Shown piece after piece: positions 7,219 through 17,223 of a stretch of 33,847 nucleotides of DNA. The stretch's first letter is position 1; each line of letters starts with the position of its first letter. A program made the translations under genes and the position numbers. Under the pieces are notes generated by a model that saw only the letters and a program-made list of their open reading frames with translations, was not told the origin of the DNA and searched no databases. The DNA is from a virus (taxonomy: Duplodnaviria; Caudoviricetes): positions 1 through 33,847 of IMG/VR virus record IMGVR_UViG_3300020045_001775. One strand, 5' to 3'.

Positions 7219-9253
7219 GCGGCAAACCCTGCGCGCTTAGAACGGCGGGCACATCGACCAGCGCGCCGTATTGGCCCGCGACCTTTGCCGCCTCGACCGC
7301 CAAGTCTTGAATCATCTTGTCACGCGCCAGATCGTCGGCTTGCTTGTTTTCAGCCGCCCGGAATGCAAATTCGGCTTGCGCTTTTTGCGTATCCAGTTGC
7401 GCTTGCATTTGCGCTTCCTGCATCCGGCCTTGGGCCTTCATCTGTTCGGCTTGAAGGTATGCGGCGTTCGGGTCTTGCTGGCTCTGCTGTGCGGCTTGTG
7501 CGGCCTGTGCTAGAAGCTGCTGTTCCGTTTCCGGGTTCATCTGGTTCAAGTATCGGTCGGCGTTGTAAATGCCGCCCATCTTGGCAATGTCCGCTTGCGC
7601 ATTGCGAATGCCGGTCAGGCTGACAATGCCGTTTTGCGGCCCGTAGGCTTGCCAGACGCCAGCCTGAAACTGCGCCAGGTTGTTGAGCGTCATCAACCGC
7701 TCTTCCATGCGCCCGGTGCCAATCCCCACATTGGCGATCAGGTCCATCTGCGTCCCCCATGAACGCGGGTCCACGGTGACAAACTGCCCGTCGATCCGCA
7801 TCATTTCGGATTCGTTCGGATGCTGGCGGGCAAGCTGCGCGATGATCTCGAAAAGCTGCTTCATGCCGCCTTCGGCCAGGGTGCGGGCCATCAGATCGGA
7901 TACCGCCGCCGTGGTCTGTTCGGCCAAGCGAACGCCCGCCGCCGTCTGGCTGGAAAGGGCCTCAACGTCCAGCCCCATGCCCGCGCCGGTGACGCCGGTT
8001 TTCTGCCGAATGCTTTCGTCATAGAATTGCAGCGCGGGCAGCACGGCGGTTGCCGATATGCCCATCGTGATTTCCCGCAACATGCCGGGCTGCTTGACGC
8101 GGATGATCCGCCCGACTTCGTTGTTCAGCACGTCATCGGCGTTGACCATGTTGTCAACAACTTCCATTGAGGGGTTGTTCGCCAGCGCAATGGCGTCCAG
8201 CAGGCCCCGCAACAGGGCTGTGGCCGCGTCTTGATCGTCCTGTATGATTTCCACCAGCGACCGGCCAAAAAACGTATGCGGTTCGGGGTCCACCTCAAAC
8301 ACGGCAAACGGCAGATGGTCGCACAATTCCCGATCAAGGATGGTGTAATCAGACCCGGCGCAGATAAACTTGTATCGCTTCGGAACGCCGGTCCCTTCGA
8401 TATCCATCTTCATATAAGCCTCGGTTATCAGAACCGGGCGCATTGACGGGTCGGTGCTATTTTCTTCGTCCTCGTCGTCCCATCCGGTGCGGGTCTGTTC
8501 TTCGGCATCCGCGTTGGTGGTTTCGTCCGTTCCGGCAAGGTCAAAGACTTCTTCGAAGTCAAACCCCATCGCCACCAGATCACCGACACGGCCCATCGTG
8601 CTGTGACCGCAGACGTAGCAATCGCGGATTGACTTGGCCGACCGATCAACGAAAAAGTCCTCGGGCGCTACGCTTTCAAACTTGATCGCGCCGTGCGTGT
8701 TTTCGCGGCTGACCTTAAGTTCAAGCAGGCCGGTTTCCTCGTCGATTTCGCTTTCCAGAACCGTGATTTCAGGATCGGACGCAATCAGTTGCAGGGCTTC
8801 GGGCGCAAGGCCGCTGTATTCGTCAATTTCCGCCTCGGTCGTTTCTTCGTAAAACGGTTTGACGATCCCTACCTTTTTCACCAGCGCGTCATGCACCGCG
8901 TCATGCAACACCCGAAAGCCGTCATTGCGGTCAAACACATAGCGGGCGTAATTGGTCGCCTGTTCAGCGCCCTGCACGGCTTGCGGGCTGGACGGGATAA
9001 ACTCCACCGGCTTGTGCGCCTGAAGGAAAAGCCGCATGATTGCGGGCTTTACCGCGCGGATCGTGTCCCGGCACTTGGTCGCCACAACTTTGGATCGGCC
9101 TTCTTCGCTGCCGATCGACGAATATCCGTCAACGTATTTCTGCGCTTCGATCCGTGATGGCGCGATTTCGGATTCAATGAACGCGACGGCGGCTTCAACC
9201 GCTGATGTCAAAGTCGTTTGGACCTGTTCTTTTGTCAGCTTTTGCGGCTTCAT
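7211..9253 (-). CDS. Portal protein (P22-like, with C-terminal Q/A-rich barrel)
   Basis: DALVKKVGIVK, V.PEDFFVD, P.PHTFFGRS, coiled-coil C-terminus; start ATG 9253 with AAAGGA SD. Confidence 0.92.
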   Translation of the reverse strand: MKPQKLTKEQVQTTLTSAVEAAVAFIESEIAPSRIEAQKYVDGYSSIGSEEGRSKVVATKCRDTIRAVKPAIMRLFLQAHKPVEFIPSSPQAVQGAEQATNYARYVFDRNDGFRVLHDAVHDALVKKVGIVKPFYEETTEAEIDEYSGLAPEALQLIASDPEITVLESEIDEETGLLELKVSRENTHGAIKFESVAPEDFFVDRSAKSIRDCYVCGHSTMGRVGDLVAMGFDFEEVFDLAGTDETTNADAEEQTRTGWDDEDEENSTDPSMRPVLITEAYMKMDIEGTGVPKRYKFICAGSDYTILDRELCDHLPFAVFEVDPEPHTFFGRSLVEIIQDDQDAATALLRGLLDAIALANNPSMEVVDNMVNADDVLNNEVGRIIRVKQPGMLREITMGISATAVLPALQFYDESIRQKTGVTGAGMGLDVEALSSQTAAGVRLAEQTTAAVSDLMARTLAEGGMKQLFEIIAQLARQHPNESEMMRIDGQFVTVDPRSWGTQMDLIANVGIGTGRMEERLMTLNNLAQFQAGVWQAYGPQNGIVSLTGIRNAQADIAKMGGIYNADRYLNQMNPETEQQLLAQAAQAAQQSQQDPNAAYLQAEQMKAQGRMQEAQMQAQLDTQKAQAEFAFRAAENKQADDLARDKMIQDLAVEAAKVAGQYGALVDVPAVLSAQGLPRV

Positions 9254-9268
9254 GTGCGGTCCTTTGGG

Positions 9269-9297
9269 TTGAAATGCGACGCGCGTGGGCGTATGTG
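9269..9297 (+). promoter_or_regulatory. Candidate sigma70 promoter for the plus-strand membrane gene
   Basis: TTGAAA-N17-TATGTG with 7 nt between -10 and ATG 9305. Confidence 0.4.
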
Positions 9298-9304
9298 ATT
9301 GCGC

Positions 9305-9487
9305 ATGGAAAACATGCTTGCCGCCGTCATCGTCGGGTCTGCCATCGGCAATCTGTTGCTGTTTTTTACGGGTTGGGGCATGTTTCACCTGAAACGCGGT
9401 GGCCCTGATCCTTGGTGGCTGTATGCTCTCGCAACGGGCCTAAGCCCGCTGCTGATCGTGTTTTTCGCGTTAGCCTTGGCTTTTTGA
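9305..9487 (+). CDS. Two-TM small membrane protein; superinfection-exclusion candidate
   Basis: The only credible plus-strand gene; fills the gap between last ejection gene and portal; two hydrophobic helices separated by KRGGPDP. Confidence 0.7.
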   Translation: MENMLAAVIVGSAIGNLLLFFTGWGMFHLKRGGPDPWWLYALATGLSPLLIVFFALALAF

Positions 9488-9488
9488 C

Positions 9489-11669
9489 CTATTGCGCCAT
9501 CTGGTTTGTCGCGGCTGTGCCGAACATCCCCAAGAGGCTGCGGGTATTCTGCAACGCGCGCAAAGCCGCCTGATCGCCTGCCCTGATCGCCGGGGCCAAC
9601 TGCTGAACCATCAAGCTATTGTCTGGCATCGTGCGGACAGGTGCCATCAGCGCCCGCGCCACACTGGACGCCACGCCATCCTTGCGCATTGCGCGCTGTA
9701 GCGCCGCGCTGTCCATCAATGGCCGTGTTGCCGTAACCATAGACCCCAGAAGGCCAGAACCGCCCTCTAGCGCCTCGCCAAACGTGCGTGGGACGCCTTC
9801 GTCAAGAACCTGTTCGGCCATTTGGCGCGGGGCTGTAGCGCTGCCCCTGATGACCGATGCGCGCAAGTTCAACGCTGTAAACGCCTCTTGCGCATTCTGG
9901 ATCACTCGCGCGGCCTCATCCGGCCCTAGCAACGCCGTCAGCTTGTCTTTGCCAGCACCGGAAAGGATTTGCTTCAACGGGTCCAAAGCCTCGCGGGCGT
10001 CCATGTTCTGGTCAAGCAAGGCTGGCTTTACGTTTGCCATGATCTCGCGGAAATAATCCCGCACACCTTGGCGCGCAAACGTCAATTCCGCATCGCCCAT
10101 GCCTTCGATGGCGTCTTGAGCAACATCAATGGGCGTATTGCGCCGCAACAAATCACTACCGAATTGCACCGCCTCACGGTTGACAATGGCGTCACGCCCC
10201 GCCGCGCGCGCGGCCCCGTATTCCGGCACGATCTGGTCAAGCGTTCCCCTGATCTGGCCCGCAAGCCGGGTGAATGCGCTGCCCGCGTCTTTGCCGGTTC
10301 CGGTGCCAAATCCGCCCATGTCCCGCAACGCGCGCGTGATGTAATCGACCGTCCGCACATCAGGCATTGACGTGAACCGCACCGCGCCGTCATCGGCAAC
10401 GCTTGCCAGGATTTGCGCCGATGCAACGCCTTCCGCGCGCATCAGCCTTTCCGCGTCACGAATGGCACTTTCCGGCACACGCGATAGCAAATCTTCGATC
10501 TGCTGGCCCTGCGGCGTTGCAAAGTCGATGATCCGTTCATAGGCTTCGCCGTATGCCTCGCGCCGCTCGTCCGCCGTGCTTTGCATGATATTGCGCGTCG
10601 TGCGCGCTACGCCTTGCGGCTGGCCAAATACATCATCCAGCAAGCCACTAAACTTCTGTCCGGCCCGCGCGGCTATGCCTTCGACACGATCACCGACAAA
10701 CGCGCCCGCCTCGCCGGGGCGGTTGGCGATCCAGTCAAGCAATCCCTTGGTATTACGTCCAACCATGCCGTTAACCGCATCCGGCCCCGCGTTGGCGAGG
10801 TTGTCAGCCGCATAGGGCAGATCACGTTCGACCGCGTTTCCGACAATCCGCGCTGCCGTGTCGTCAAGCCCCATGCGCTGCGTGGCTGTCCGCGCCGCCG
10901 CCGATGCGCCGGGGCCAAGCCGCCGCCAAGCCGCGCTTGCCAACATCCCGGCGGGTTCCAACGCACCGCCGATTGCGCCGCCAAGTGCTGCCGGGATAAC
11001 AGCGTTGTTCAGGCGGTTGGACCATCCGCCTTCGCCTTCCATGAAACCTTGCGTTCCGCCCGCCGCCGCGCCGCCAAGAAGGCCAAGCCCGACACGCCCC
11101 GCCGTGGTTCCGACCTTGCCCATAGCGGTTGCGAGGCCAGCGCCGGGCAAGAATGCGGGCAGAAACTCAGAACCGAACGCAAGCGTCGGGTTCTCTTCCC
11201 GGAATTGCCGTTCATCGCCGCGATAAGATGCAAGCCGGTCATCGTATGACCCGCGCCCGGTCAGGCTATCAGCCGCCGCCGCTGCCTCGTCGCCGACTAG
11301 GCCAAGCGTTATACTCTCGCCGCCGATGTTCAGCGCCGTCCCTAGCTTTTCACCGGGGGACATGACGCCATCATTGATGCCGATCAGGTTATCCTGCAAC
11401 CGGTAGCTAAGCGGGCGGCCCATGTCGATTGCGCCTTCTGCCTGCGCGTCCATGGCCTGCGATGCCGCAGATGGCTGCACGGCCCCGCGTGAGGCTTCCA
11501 CCCGCGCGCGGTATGCGTCCCGGCCCTCGCCAGCCTGCGCGCGCAGATCGACGCCAGCGGGCGCGGTTGGCCCGCCGTATTCACGGCGCATCACGTCCAG
11601 AATGACGCTATCGGCGGTTCCTTCAGGAAACTCGATACTGCTCCAGTCCGGTGCTTCGATGCGGATCAT
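9489..11669 (-). CDS. Ejection / DNA-transfer (internal virion) protein, 726 aa
   Basis: Ala/Gly-rich helical protein, N-terminal I.APD.S.IEFPEGT motif, hydrophobic Gly-rich stretches; last of the ejection cluster. Confidence 0.75.
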   Translation of the reverse strand: MIRIEAPDWSSIEFPEGTADSVILDVMRREYGGPTAPAGVDLRAQAGEGRDAYRARVEASRGAVQPSAASQAMDAQAEGAIDMGRPLSYRLQDNLIGINDGVMSPGEKLGTALNIGGESITLGLVGDEAAAAADSLTGRGSYDDRLASYRGDERQFREENPTLAFGSEFLPAFLPGAGLATAMGKVGTTAGRVGLGLLGGAAAGGTQGFMEGEGGWSNRLNNAVIPAALGGAIGGALEPAGMLASAAWRRLGPGASAAARTATQRMGLDDTAARIVGNAVERDLPYAADNLANAGPDAVNGMVGRNTKGLLDWIANRPGEAGAFVGDRVEGIAARAGQKFSGLLDDVFGQPQGVARTTRNIMQSTADERREAYGEAYERIIDFATPQGQQIEDLLSRVPESAIRDAERLMRAEGVASAQILASVADDGAVRFTSMPDVRTVDYITRALRDMGGFGTGTGKDAGSAFTRLAGQIRGTLDQIVPEYGAARAAGRDAIVNREAVQFGSDLLRRNTPIDVAQDAIEGMGDAELTFARQGVRDYFREIMANVKPALLDQNMDAREALDPLKQILSGAGKDKLTALLGPDEAARVIQNAQEAFTALNLRASVIRGSATAPRQMAEQVLDEGVPRTFGEALEGGSGLLGSMVTATRPLMDSAALQRAMRKDGVASSVARALMAPVRTMPDNSLMVQQLAPAIRAGDQAALRALQNTRSLLGMFGTAATNQMAQ

Positions 11670-13378
11670 TCAAGCGCTCCCGTTTCGGGGTTGAACCGGC
11701 GAATAGCGGGCGGGGTTCCTGCCGTTCCCGTTCCGGGTTCAACAAAACCAGCCAGCGGGTTGCCAAGCGCGGCATATTCAGCCGCCGCTGCGCGCGCGTC
11801 AATTTCGCCAAGCTGTTGACGCCGCGCAATATCGCCGCGTTTCACGTCATATTCAGCGATGGCGCGCATGGTTTGCACAATCATCTGGTTGCCTTGCGGC
11901 GTGTTGATAAGGCTTGGCAGGCTGCGCTTGAACAAGGCAAGATCGGCGTCGGACATTGTGCCCGATCCCGGCGGGCGCTGTTGTGGCACAAGCTGGCTGA
12001 TAATCGCATCGGCCAATTCCACATCAGACGCGCCGTCCAGTTTGATCCCAAGGCTAGATGCAAACTGCGTCAATCCACCGGCAAAGCCTTGCGGTGCGGA
12101 TGCAAGCGCGGCTTCAAGCGTCGTCAACTGCCCTAGCCCGCGCTGTGCTTGTGCGCCCTGCTGAACAATGCTGTTGGCCTCTGCCGCCAATAGCTTGCCA
12201 GTTTCCGTGTTGAACGCCGTTTCGCCAGCGCCAACATTGACAGTCGTTGATGGTGCTTCGCCGCCAATACGGGTTGCGCTGATGCCTTCCGGCCCGCTTG
12301 TCACGTTGTAACTGAATTGCGGATCAAGGCCCAATGACGCCGCCGCATCGCCCGTTGCGATGTAGCTTGTCCCGCTTTCAGACCCGTCAATCTGCGCGAT
12401 TTGCCCATCAGGCCCGATCTGCCAAGCCGATCCTGCGGGCAAGCCAGCGGCTGCGATTTCTTCCGGCGTCATCAGCCGATGGCCGGGCGTTGTCGCCTCC
12501 GCCGTGCGATAGTCACCGATCACAGCGCCCGTTGCCGGGTCCACAAGCTGGCCGTTGATTTCAATCGGTTCCGGCCCCGGGTCGGGTGGTGCCATCGCAA
12601 TCGCAGCCGCATCGCCGCCGAGTAGCGACCCCGCCGCGACGGCTTCGGCCAAGTCGCCACGCCCGATGCTTTGCAGCCATTGCACGGTCTGATTGATTTT
12701 CTTTTCGTCCGCGCGTTCTTCGATCCCGCGCATGTTCGCGGCCATCAGGCCTTCATTCGGATTCATCGACATGCCAGACAGCCCGATGGCAAGCCGTGCG
12801 CGCCGATCGGGGCTCGCCAGCCCGCCAAGGATGGGAACGCCTTCAAGCCGGTCCCAGATCGACGGGGCGCGTTGTTCTTGCGGCATTGTGCCAAGTAGAC
12901 CTTGAGTGCCCAATGTGTCGCCTCCTGCGCCGCCTAGCAGTCCGGTTGAACCGCTGCCGCCTAGATAATCAGCCGAACGTGTCGCAACGTGTTCCGGTGC
13001 TGGCCGCAAGAAATCACGCAACACCGCGTCCGCCGCCGCCGCGCTATCCGGTGCTGCCATGATGGATCGCGCGGCCCGGCTTTCCGGCCCCTGCAATTCA
13101 GTCATCAGGAAATCAAGTTGCGCGTCTATGCTATCAACTGGCAGGCCACGATTTGACGCGAATGTCTCAAGCGCAACACGGCGCGGCCCCGTCCATTGCG
13201 CAAGGCCGAAACCACCGCGCGAACCGGGCACCATCGGTGCGGCTTCGTTGATGCCGGGGTTCAGCCCGCTTTCGTCCCGAAAATTCATCACAAAGCCGTC
13301 TGCGATGTGGGGCGGCAAGCCGCGCTGCACCAGACCGGCGCGGATCATGTCCGCCGGGTTTGCGGTTTCGGGATACAT
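11666..13378 (-). CDS. Ejection protein with N-terminal phage tail lysozyme-like domain
   Basis: N..DESGLNPGINE...GGFGLAQWTGPRR..L (Phage_lysozyme2-like); start ATG 13378 by TGATG coupling. Confidence 0.8.
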   Translation of the reverse strand: MYPETANPADMIRAGLVQRGLPPHIADGFVMNFRDESGLNPGINEAAPMVPGSRGGFGLAQWTGPRRVALETFASNRGLPVDSIDAQLDFLMTELQGPESRAARSIMAAPDSAAAADAVLRDFLRPAPEHVATRSADYLGGSGSTGLLGGAGGDTLGTQGLLGTMPQEQRAPSIWDRLEGVPILGGLASPDRRARLAIGLSGMSMNPNEGLMAANMRGIEERADEKKINQTVQWLQSIGRGDLAEAVAAGSLLGGDAAAIAMAPPDPGPEPIEINGQLVDPATGAVIGDYRTAEATTPGHRLMTPEEIAAAGLPAGSAWQIGPDGQIAQIDGSESGTSYIATGDAAASLGLDPQFSYNVTSGPEGISATRIGGEAPSTTVNVGAGETAFNTETGKLLAAEANSIVQQGAQAQRGLGQLTTLEAALASAPQGFAGGLTQFASSLGIKLDGASDVELADAIISQLVPQQRPPGSGTMSDADLALFKRSLPSLINTPQGNQMIVQTMRAIAEYDVKRGDIARRQQLGEIDARAAAAEYAALGNPLAGFVEPGTGTAGTPPAIRRFNPETGALE

Positions 13379-14403
13379 CAGACAGACAGCCCCAGCGACA
13401 GCCAATCAAACAAGCCCGGCGTCTGCGTCTGCGTGGCCGTCCCTGTCGTGCTGTATGGCACGTTATTAACCCCGCCATTCATGATCTGCGCCGATTGCAT
13501 GGGCGCGCCGGTCAAGCCCCTGAATTGCTCCAAGGCCGCGTTCACCAACTGCTGTTGCATCGCCTGCTGTTGCGCGCCTTGCGATGCCTGCTGGCCATTG
13601 ATCTGCATCCCCTGACTAAAGCCAAGGTTGGACAGGTTGCCAAGCTGGCCTGCGCCTTGCAGGTTCAATCCCTGCGTTGCCTGTTGCGCGCCAAGCGCCT
13701 GGTTGTAGTTCTGGCTATTCAGACCGGCCAGCGTTTGCGCCTGCGTGTCCGCATATTGGCCGTTTGTTTCGCCCATGGCGATGCCGTGCCGCGATCCGCC
13801 GAACGCGCCCGCGCCCGATGCCTGCGCGTCAAGCCCGTTCATGGTCTGTTGCTGTTGCTGGCGTAGCCCATTCATCGTCGCGTCGGTCACGCTGCGCTGA
13901 TACGGGTTCATGTATGGTTGAAGGTTGGCCGATGTGGGCGCGTAGTTTGCCACATTGGACGCCGCGTTCATGCCGCCCTGCAACGCGCCCGCCGATTGGT
14001 CGAACACGTTCGGCCCGGCGGGTTGCGTCGTCATTGCTGGCGTCTGATTCGGCTGCATCGGTGCGGGCTGCATCGGTGCAGGCTGTTGCATTCCGGCGCG
14101 AATGTCCTGCCGCATGTCTTGCCGCTGCGCCTGCGTTGTTCCTGCCCGCGCGTCAGCGGTCAACCGGATGCGGTTATCGTTCTGACCGCCCATCGTGTAG
14201 TTGGGTTGCCCGCCGCCGCGCAATGCGCTCTGGAAGGCTGACGGATCAAATGTCATCCCGGCTGGCCTTTGGTTCTGGAACGTGTCGCCGGTCTGACCGC
14301 CGCCGTATCCGTTGACCATGCCGCCATCGTTAAAGCCGCCGCCGCCCATAGGCCGCGACACGTTGCCGTTGACATTGTTGCCGATTGCGCCGCCGCCTGC
14401 CAT
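13378..14403 (-). CDS. Gln/Gly-rich ejection (pilot) protein
   Basis: YMNPYQ..V and AGAFGGSRHG motifs of podoviral internal proteins; start ATG 14403 with GGGAG SD. Confidence 0.75.
   Translation of the reverse strand: MAGGGAIGNNVNGNVSRPMGGGGFNDGGMVNGYGGGQTGDTFQNQRPAGMTFDPSAFQSALRGGGQPNYTMGGQNDNRIRLTADARAGTTQAQRQDMRQDIRAGMQQPAPMQPAPMQPNQTPAMTTQPAGPNVFDQSAGALQGGMNAASNVANYAPTSANLQPYMNPYQRSVTDATMNGLRQQQQQTMNGLDAQASGAGAFGGSRHGIAMGETNGQYADTQAQTLAGLNSQNYNQALGAQQATQGLNLQGAGQLGNLSNLGFSQGMQINGQQASQGAQQQAMQQQLVNAALEQFRGLTGAPMQSAQIMNGGVNNVPYSTTGTATQTQTPGLFDWLSLGLSV
14051..14085. repeat. In-frame 15 bp tandem repeat (QPAPM x2)
   Basis: GGCTGCATCGGTGC(G/A) twice plus partial copy. Confidence 0.7.
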
Positions 14404-14404
14404 G

Positions 14405-15073
14405 TTACCGACTCCCGAAAGGTGATGTGCGGAAATTGGCGTAAGACGACAACAGCCCGCCGCCCTGATACGTGTCGCCAGCCGTTCCCGGCCCGCCACC
14501 GTTAATCATGTCCTGAATCCCGGCGTATCCACCCGGAAAACCCTGAGATGGCTGCTGCGGCCCTTGCATCTGTCCCGGCTTGATCGCGTTCATCATTGAA
14601 CCGAACGACGATCCGCCTTGTCGGTCCTGAACCTGACGGTAAGCCTGTTCCTGCGGCCTACCGCCGCCTTGCCCGCCACCCCCTTGGCCTTGCCGCCCGC
14701 CGCCATTTACCGGCTGCGGAAACATGCTTGTCAACGCCGCGTATTGGGCCGGGTTGGATTGCTTCAATGCCGCCAGTTCTTGCTGATACATCGGATAGGA
14801 CGAATAGCCCTGCATCCCGCCCGCGTATGTCGTCGGTGCGGGCATTCCGTTGCCCTGTGATGTGGGCAACCCGTAGGCGCTAGCCGCTGCATTGGTTCCG
14901 GCAAATGCCGCATCCTGCATGGGCGTGAACGCCGCCACCTGTGGCCCTTGGTATGGGACATAACCGATCCCCGCCGCATCCTGCGACCGGCTGACAGCCG
15001 CCTTTGCGGCATCCTCCAGCCATGCGGGGATTTGCTGGCTGGTTTCGGTCGATGTCGATCCGCCCTTAGACAT
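14405..15073 (-). CDS. Small ejection / internal virion protein
   Basis: MSKGGSTSTETSQQIPAWL..., PYQGPQVAAFTPMQ; low-complexity G/Q tail. Confidence 0.7.
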   Translation of the reverse strand: MSKGGSTSTETSQQIPAWLEDAAKAAVSRSQDAAGIGYVPYQGPQVAAFTPMQDAAFAGTNAAASAYGLPTSQGNGMPAPTTYAGGMQGYSSYPMYQQELAALKQSNPAQYAALTSMFPQPVNGGGRQGQGGGGQGGGRPQEQAYRQVQDRQGGSSFGSMMNAIKPGQMQGPQQPSQGFPGGYAGIQDMINGGGPGTAGDTYQGGGLLSSYANFRTSPFGSR

Positions 15074-15434
15074 TGGTCAAGTCCTTTTCCATCGTGGTCA
15101 GCGTCTCACGCCATCCCAGATCTGCCAGCGCCCGCGTCCACCCGCGCCGCCCGTGCATTGTCGCCGCCGTGCATCCGTTGGCCTTGGCCCACCGCACAAC
15201 AGATGCGTTCATGTCGAATATCTGCGCCATCGTTCCACCGGCCAGGAACACGTTCAAAACCGTCTTGCGCGGGTAGGTTACGACCTCTGTAACCAAACAC
15301 CCTTCCGGCGCGGGCCAAAGTTGCAACCGGCCCGCCGCGATCATGTCAACAATGTCGACCCACTCATGCGTCCCGCCGCTATGCTCCAGCGCCGCCATTA
15401 TCCACGGTTTGCAGCGGTCGATTTCGTTTACCAC
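15066..15434 (-). CDS. GNAT-fold-like virion assembly protein (P22 gp14 / T7 gp13 position)
   Basis: LNVFLAGG...WAKANGC....HGRRGW.R.L...GW; lies between tail and ejection genes; probable GTG start 15434. Confidence 0.65.
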   Translation of the reverse strand: MVNEIDRCKPWIMAALEHSGGTHEWVDIVDMIAAGRLQLWPAPEGCLVTEVVTYPRKTVLNVFLAGGTMAQIFDMNASVVRWAKANGCTAATMHGRRGWTRALADLGWRETLTTMEKDLTNV

Positions 15435-15751
15435 GTCGCAATGGCAACCCGTTTCCATGTGTTTGTTGCCGTGCAGACGTAAAAATAACCCGTGTCTGAC
15501 GCCCAATCGCCTAGCGTTCCAGCGCCTGCCGCAGTCGCCGGGGCTGCAACACGTCGCGCCAGCGGCACAAACGCGCTAGACCGGCTGACAACAGGCGCGG
15601 CGTCCGTATCGCTCCACAAGATCAAACCATCCTGTGTCGCGCGGCTGTCGCTGTCCTTGTATTCAAGCTGCGACCAGCCAAACGCCAGCGACCGAGTTAG
15701 CGACTTGGCCCATTCCAGCAAGTTAGGCGTGACTGGCGGGAAAGCCTTCAT
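15428..15751 (-). CDS. Small tail-associated protein (107 aa)
   Basis: ATGA overlap with nozzle gene; C-terminal GDWASDTGYFYVCTATNTWKRV is a fibre-like motif. Confidence 0.65.
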   Translation of the reverse strand: MKAFPPVTPNLLEWAKSLTRSLAFGWSQLEYKDSDSRATQDGLILWSDTDAAPVVSRSSAFVPLARRVAAPATAAGAGTLGDWASDTGYFYVCTATNTWKRVAIATW

Positions 15752-17223
15752 ACTTTGCCCCTCGGTGCGACCTCAATCCGGGGAACGCCAAACCGCCACG
15801 CCGCATTGCGCACCGCGTCAACCCGCATTCTGACCTGTCGCCCGGTAAACCGTGTGCTGGTCGGTGCGGGCAAGCTATACGGCCCGTGCGTTGTCTCTGA
15901 TCCGTTGGGATACAGTTTCGCGTAAAATGTCGCGTTCACGTCGCCTTGCGTGTTTTCGTCCGCAATCAGGCTTGTCACGCTGTAAACGTTATCGCCCGCG
16001 CCAAGGCTGATCGGCCCGGTGATGGCATAGGGATATTCCCCGCCATGCGCCAACCCGATTTCGTGATTGTAGGCCATGCCGTCCGCGTCAAACCAGATCG
16101 GCCACCGGAAAACGCCACGGTCGACGCCCGCTGTCCGGCTCATTTCACCGACCGACCAGTGGTTTTCGCGGTAGCTATACGCCACATAGCGGCTGTTCTC
16201 GTTACTGTCGTCTGACGGGTAGAACCACCAGACTTCGCCATTCTGCGCATTCGCAACGGCATAAATCTTAGACTGCTGCGCCGCGTTGATGCCGCCGAAC
16301 ACATAATCGGCAACATCGCAGGGGATTTCCGACACAGCACCGCCCGCGAATGCGTAAAAGCCGCCCGCGCCCATCCAGAACACGCCCGCATCAACCGCAC
16401 ATGCCGCCTTGCGCGATATTGACCCGCATGACGTGCCGACCCGCTGGAAGCCATAGACAAACGGCGGGCCTTGATAGGTCGCCGTATGCGCGTCAATATC
16501 CGTCAGGAGCAATGTCAGGCCGCGTGTGCGAATGCCGCACATGATCTGGCCCGATGTTTGCAGCTCCAGATCGCCCGCCTCGTTCGTGCTGGCTGGCGTC
16601 CAGACCGTGTTAGCCTCACGGTCGCACCATTGCACCAGACGGGGATTGCCGCCCGCGCCAAGGGCGAACACAAAGCGCTCCTCGGTCACAACCATGGACA
16701 GGTTGCCGGTTGGCGCATTCGTGACCGCCACGCCATTGTTAGCAACGTTCAAATCCCACTCGTAAATCACGCCATCAGCCGATGAACACGCCAGCAGGTT
16801 TTCGCCCCAGTTATCCAGCGCCCAAGTCGTGGCCTCGCCGTAATTCCCGGTATCCGTGCGCGACGTTCCAAACAGCCCCAGACCGAAGAACCCGCCGCCA
16901 AAACCGATATTGACAGCCGCGTCAACGTCGCCCGCGGTAAGCCCCGCCGGTGTTATGTCGGTGACAGTGCCGCTTGCCGTGACGGAAAACAGCGCCGTGG
17001 CCGTCCCGATTGCAAACCGCGCATCGCTTGACAGATCAGACCATGCCAGCGCCGCGCGGGGTGGCGTGTTGGTCACGCTTAGGCGTTCTTCCCATCCGCC
17101 GATCGGCCCCATCGTTCCGTCACGCCAGCGGACAAGACTAGCCTCATTCCACCGGCCTGCGGATTGGTATTCCGTCCCGTTGCGATAAACGCCAGGCGGG
17201 ATTGCCAGCGGCAACAGTGCCAT
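15748..17223 (-). CDS. Tail nozzle / head-stabilisation protein (P22 gp10-like beta-propeller)
   Basis: WALDNWGENLLA, VQWCDRE..TVW, VFWMG..GFY, EVWWFYP; size and position. Confidence 0.8.
   Translation of the reverse strand: MALLPLAIPPGVYRNGTEYQSAGRWNEASLVRWRDGTMGPIGGWEERLSVTNTPPRAALAWSDLSSDARFAIGTATALFSVTASGTVTDITPAGLTAGDVDAAVNIGFGGGFFGLGLFGTSRTDTGNYGEATTWALDNWGENLLACSSADGVIYEWDLNVANNGVAVTNAPTGNLSMVVTEERFVFALGAGGNPRLVQWCDREANTVWTPASTNEAGDLELQTSGQIMCGIRTRGLTLLLTDIDAHTATYQGPPFVYGFQRVGTSCGSISRKAACAVDAGVFWMGAGGFYAFAGGAVSEIPCDVADYVFGGINAAQQSKIYAVANAQNGEVWWFYPSDDSNENSRYVAYSYRENHWSVGEMSRTAGVDRGVFRWPIWFDADGMAYNHEIGLAHGGEYPYAITGPISLGAGDNVYSVTSLIADENTQGDVNATFYAKLYPNGSETTHGPYSLPAPTSTRFTGRQVRMRVDAVRNAAWRFGVPRIEVAPRGKV

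Noticed and set aside
6751-7623. 290-aa plus-strand Ser-rich ORF
   Set aside because: Ser runs are the reverse complement of the scaffold's Asp/Glu codons
9254-9388. N-terminal extension of portal in the ORF track
   Set aside because: ATG 9253 has a good SD, and the extension would overlap the plus-strand membrane gene
13378-15073. Possible frameshifted single ejection gene (222 aa + 341 aa)
   Set aside because: The second ORF has its own SD and ATG right after the first stop and I saw no slippery site; treated as two genes
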